A stretch of DNA of 64,000 nucleotides. Source: Propionibacteriales bacterium (lineage in GTDB: Bacteria; Actinomycetota; Actinomycetes; Propionibacteriales; Propionibacteriaceae). The stretch is taken from NCBI GenBank assembly GCA_038257965.1, contig JBBSQJ010000002.1, positions 1,188 through 65,187 of the forward strand. The letters are read 5' to 3'. The notes under the pieces were generated by a model. That model was not told where the DNA came from. It saw only the letters and a program-made list of their open reading frames with translations, and searched no databases. Position 1 is the first letter of the stretch. Each line of letters begins with the position of its first letter. Shown one piece after another: positions 60,981-64,000 of this stretch. The position numbers and the translations under genes are program-made.

Positions 60981-62212
60981 GCCGCCGACACAATGGCGAA
61001 GGGTCCATCTACCCCTACCGGAATGGCTTCGCCGCGTACGCCTGGATCACCACCCCCGCCGGTCGACGCCAGCGGAGGTATGTCTACGGAGCCACACGGG
61101 AGGTCGTCCACGCGAAGTGGATCGAGCTGACCCAGCGGGCGGCCATGGGTCCAGTTCTCACGAAGGTGCCAACCGTCAGCCAGTACCTCCAGCGTTGGCT
61201 TGAGGAAACCGTTGCGCCGAACCTGGCGCCGCTCACCCACGCGACCTACGAGAGCCGCGTCCGCCACTACGTCGAGCCCGGCCTCGGCCGGGTCCGCCTC
61301 GACCGGCTGCGAGTCAGCACGGTGCAAGCATGGCTCAACGGCCTGCCCAAGATCTGTCAATGTTGCGCTCAGGGCAAGGACGCCCGGCGGCCGCCGGAGA
61401 AGCGACGCTGCTGCGCAGCCGGACGCTGCTGCCACAGCGCAGCTTCGCCTCGAACCGTCAAAGACGTGCGAGCCGTGCTTCGATCCGCGCTCGGCTCTGC
61501 ACAACGAGAGGAGCTGATCGAGCGCAACGTCGCCGAGCTGGTGACTACGCCGAAGCAACGCAGCCGCAAGGTCGTGCCGTGGACCAGTGAGGAAGCGCGG
61601 CACTTCCTCGAATCAGCTCGGGCTGATGGCGACCTTCTGTACACCGCGTACGTCCTGGTCCTGGTGCTCGGCATGCGCAAGGGCGAGGTCCTCGGCCTGC
61701 GATGGGATGCGATCAACACCGAACTGCGGGAGCTGATGGTCGATCACCAGCTGCAACGCGTCCGGCGAGAGCTGTTGTACCGCGAGACCAAAACCGAAGC
61801 CTCTGACGACTCCCTGCCACTCCCGGACATCGTGACGACTGCACTGACGCTGCGGCGAGCTGAGCAGGAGGCGGCTCGTACCGCGGCCGGCGAGGCGTGG
61901 CGCCAGTTCTCCGACGAGGACGGCCAATTCATTGCCCTCGTGTTCACCGGCCGCTACGGGACACCGATCGACCCTCGGACCCTCAATCGCGCGTTTACCG
62001 CAAGGTGCGAGGCCGCCGGCGTCCGCCGCATGACGGTCCACGACGCCCGCCGAACCTGTGCCACGCTGCTCGTCGACCTGGACGTGCATCCGCGGGTGAT
62101 CATGCGGGTCCTTCGTCACGCCGATCAGAGCGTGACGATGAACATCTACGCCAAGGCCAGCTCGGAGAAGACAAGAGACGCGCTCCGCCGGCTGGGCGAG
62201 AGTCTCGGCTGA
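60977..62212 (+). CDS. int: Tyrosine recombinase/integrase with a Cys-rich insertion
   Basis: NGEGSIY arm domain; GMRKGE, HDARR, LRH, IY catalytic residues. Confidence 0.95.
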   Translation: MSRRHNGEGSIYPYRNGFAAYAWITTPAGRRQRRYVYGATREVVHAKWIELTQRAAMGPVLTKVPTVSQYLQRWLEETVAPNLAPLTHATYESRVRHYVEPGLGRVRLDRLRVSTVQAWLNGLPKICQCCAQGKDARRPPEKRRCCAAGRCCHSAASPRTVKDVRAVLRSALGSAQREELIERNVAELVTTPKQRSRKVVPWTSEEARHFLESARADGDLLYTAYVLVLVLGMRKGEVLGLRWDAINTELRELMVDHQLQRVRRELLYRETKTEASDDSLPLPDIVTTALTLRRAEQEAARTAAGEAWRQFSDEDGQFIALVFTGRYGTPIDPRTLNRAFTARCEAAGVRRMTVHDARRTCATLLVDLDVHPRVIMRVLRHADQSVTMNIYAKASSEKTRDALRRLGESLG

Positions 62213-62300
62213 TCCGAGAGTCGTCTCTTGCGTTGGCCCTGCATCCGGAGCGTGCCCAAAGACGTAGCTTCTCGGAGGATTGAAGTCCTACTGTTCTGGT

Positions 62301-63032
62301 GTGACCGAGCACCTCAGTGCGCTGATTTGGACGGTGGTCGGTGCGGGAGTGCTTGCGGTCTTGGCCGTTACCTTCTCCCCGGTACGGCGACGGCTCCTGC
62401 GTGCCGGGGCGAGGATTGAGGGCGGCCATGTCATCGTGCGCCATGTTGAGCTCGACCCAACCCGTATGAGTGTGGATCCGCTTGACGCGGCTGTCTACTT
62501 CCACTTCAAGCAGGGTCAATATCCCGGGATTCCAGCTCCGAGCGAGTCTCTCGCGGCTCGCTGGAGGTGGGCTCACGATCATGGTGGTGTTGATGTAGGC
62601 ACCACGGCCGTGACAGTCACTCTTGAGAATGATGGCGATGGCACAGTGATTGTCGATCCGCCGCGCTTCGACAGGCACCGGGATGCTGTCGAAGCTGGTG
62701 AGCTGAGTTGGGTCGACGGCCTCGGTGGTGGCGGCGTCGTCATGCAGCGGTATGACGTCGACCTGGATGCTGGCGATCCTCTCGTCGGCACCTTCGTACC
62801 ACCGTCAAGCGATCCTGAAGCATCGCCCAGTCGCTACCTCGTAAAGGGAGACGTACTGAGGGTCCAGGTTGTTGCGAGTGCCGAATACGGCAGTCATAGG
62901 TGGAGAATCGAGCTGCCGCTCATCATCGCGGGCAAGGAGAAGGTTCTGACGATCGACGACAGGGGCAGCCCCTTTATGACGGTCGGCAGAGTCGATGCGC
63001 AGCGGATCAGTACCGCGCACCGCGACCGCTGA
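62301..63032 (+). CDS. Hypothetical protein with N-terminal TM and beta-rich body
   Basis: 243-aa ORF between int and the att site. Confidence 0.7.
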   Translation: MTEHLSALIWTVVGAGVLAVLAVTFSPVRRRLLRAGARIEGGHVIVRHVELDPTRMSVDPLDAAVYFHFKQGQYPGIPAPSESLAARWRWAHDHGGVDVGTTAVTVTLENDGDGTVIVDPPRFDRHRDAVEAGELSWVDGLGGGGVVMQRYDVDLDAGDPLVGTFVPPSSDPEASPSRYLVKGDVLRVQVVASAEYGSHRWRIELPLIIAGKEKVLTIDDRGSPFMTVGRVDAQRISTAHRDR

Positions 63033-63269
63033 GTCGCGTGAGGGCTCGCCGCCAGCCGAGCGCGGCCATGACGTCGATCGCAAGTCCTCGCTTCGCAGGA
63101 TCGGCTCGCCGGCAACGACTGACGGCTGGCGCGCAAACGCTGGACCGGATTCGCTCGATCGCCCCCTCAGATTGAGGGCTGCTTAGGAAACCACTGCGGT
63201 ACTTTGCTGCTGTGCTCACCTAGAGCTACACCCCTGGCATTCGGCGCAATCCGCCTCTGGCCAGGCGTC

Positions 63270-63350
<81 letters not shown>

Positions 63351-63807
63351 CGGACCGCGGCGCGCCGCGGGCCTCGGTGAGTCTAGCCCATCGAGGCTGC
63401 CGTCGTGACAACCGTTCCCGGCGGGCCGCTGCCGACCGCAGATCGAAGGGTGCGGGAGAGGTCGTGCGTCTTGTCGAAGTCGGTGCCGCGGTCATGGTCG
63501 CCTTCTATGCTGCCGAGGACTCTCGAAGGACCACTACCACAGCGCGCATGTGATCAGCGGCGGTTGTTCGCGCTTGCGCTCCTCACCGAGATCGTCTCCG
63601 CACTGCGCTGGCTGAGCCATCGAATCAAGCGTTACGAGCCCCTGGCCGAACGCATCGATGGCCTTGGGATCACCTGCAACGATTAGCTGCTACAGGCCAG
63701 CGGGTCTCGGTGCAGGTTCGATCTGATCACCTGAACGTGCGAGCAGATCCACCCCGGACGCACTGTGCCGTCGACCAACCGTGGGGCTGGCTTGGGTCCC
63801 CCGTCAA

Positions 63808-64000
63808 CTAGCCGGGTTCACCGCGTCGTTTCCGCCGGACCACGACGGCGATGTTGACCGCGGCGACCAGAGCGATCGCGACGAGCAGGATCACGAACCC
63901 GACCGGCGCCTCGGCCAAGCCGAGGACGATCGCGCCCGCCGTCGCCAAGATCAGCCCGAAAATGGCCAGCACGAGCCGCAACGTCAAAGCGCTGCGCGCC
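63808..64000 (-). CDS. Small membrane protein (DUF6343-like), 5'-partial
   Basis: ARSALTLRLVLAIFG...two TMs...RRKRRGEPG*. Confidence 0.7.
   Translation of the reverse strand, partial: ARSALTLRLVLAIFGLILATAGAIVLGLAEAPVGFVILLVAIALVAAVNIAVVVRRKRRGEPG

Noticed and set aside
63405-63686. 93-aa ORF upstream of tRNA-Pro
   Set aside because: No RBS or recognisable motif; may be a gene remnant but cannot be supported.

Overview
High-GC actinobacterial chromosome segment; gene content and order suggest Propionibacteriales (Microlunatus-like), which is an inference. Bases 1-27.6 kb are mostly housekeeping: K+/H+ antiporter, DUF853 ATPase, cardiolipin synthase, Orn/Lys/Arg decarboxylase, tRNA-Ser(GGA), SRP RNA, dnaX-ybaB-recR and aspartate kinase. 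Bases 27.7-36.7 kb hold a DosR/DevR-like stress cluster (GAF kinase, response regulator, USP, two pyridoxamine-oxidase-like proteins, DoxX, flavodoxin, phosphoketolase, ppk2). DosR-box-like palindromes lie upstream of its operons and of a distant USP. Bases 36.7-50 kb are accessory: DUF222/HNH, a broken VapBC, a damaged sugar ABC operon, a GntR-TetR fusion paired with a FAD monooxygenase, an interrupted helicase and a candidate 6C-like sRNA. Bases 50-63.35 kb are a layered integration hotspot at the 3' end of tRNA-Pro(CGG). A ~10.4 kb actinomycete integrative element (int, xis, KorSA-like GntR, NUDIX, XRE-TPR, alkyl sulfatase cargo) is bounded by a 46-bp direct repeat. It has lost most of its transfer and replication genes through an internal deletion. 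To its left is an older integrase-less islet with a RES-Xre toxin-antitoxin pair. Four different families of short tandem 'arm-site-like' repeats punctuate the small cargo ORFs. Many accessory genes carry single frameshifts or in-frame stops, which may be decay or sequencing error.
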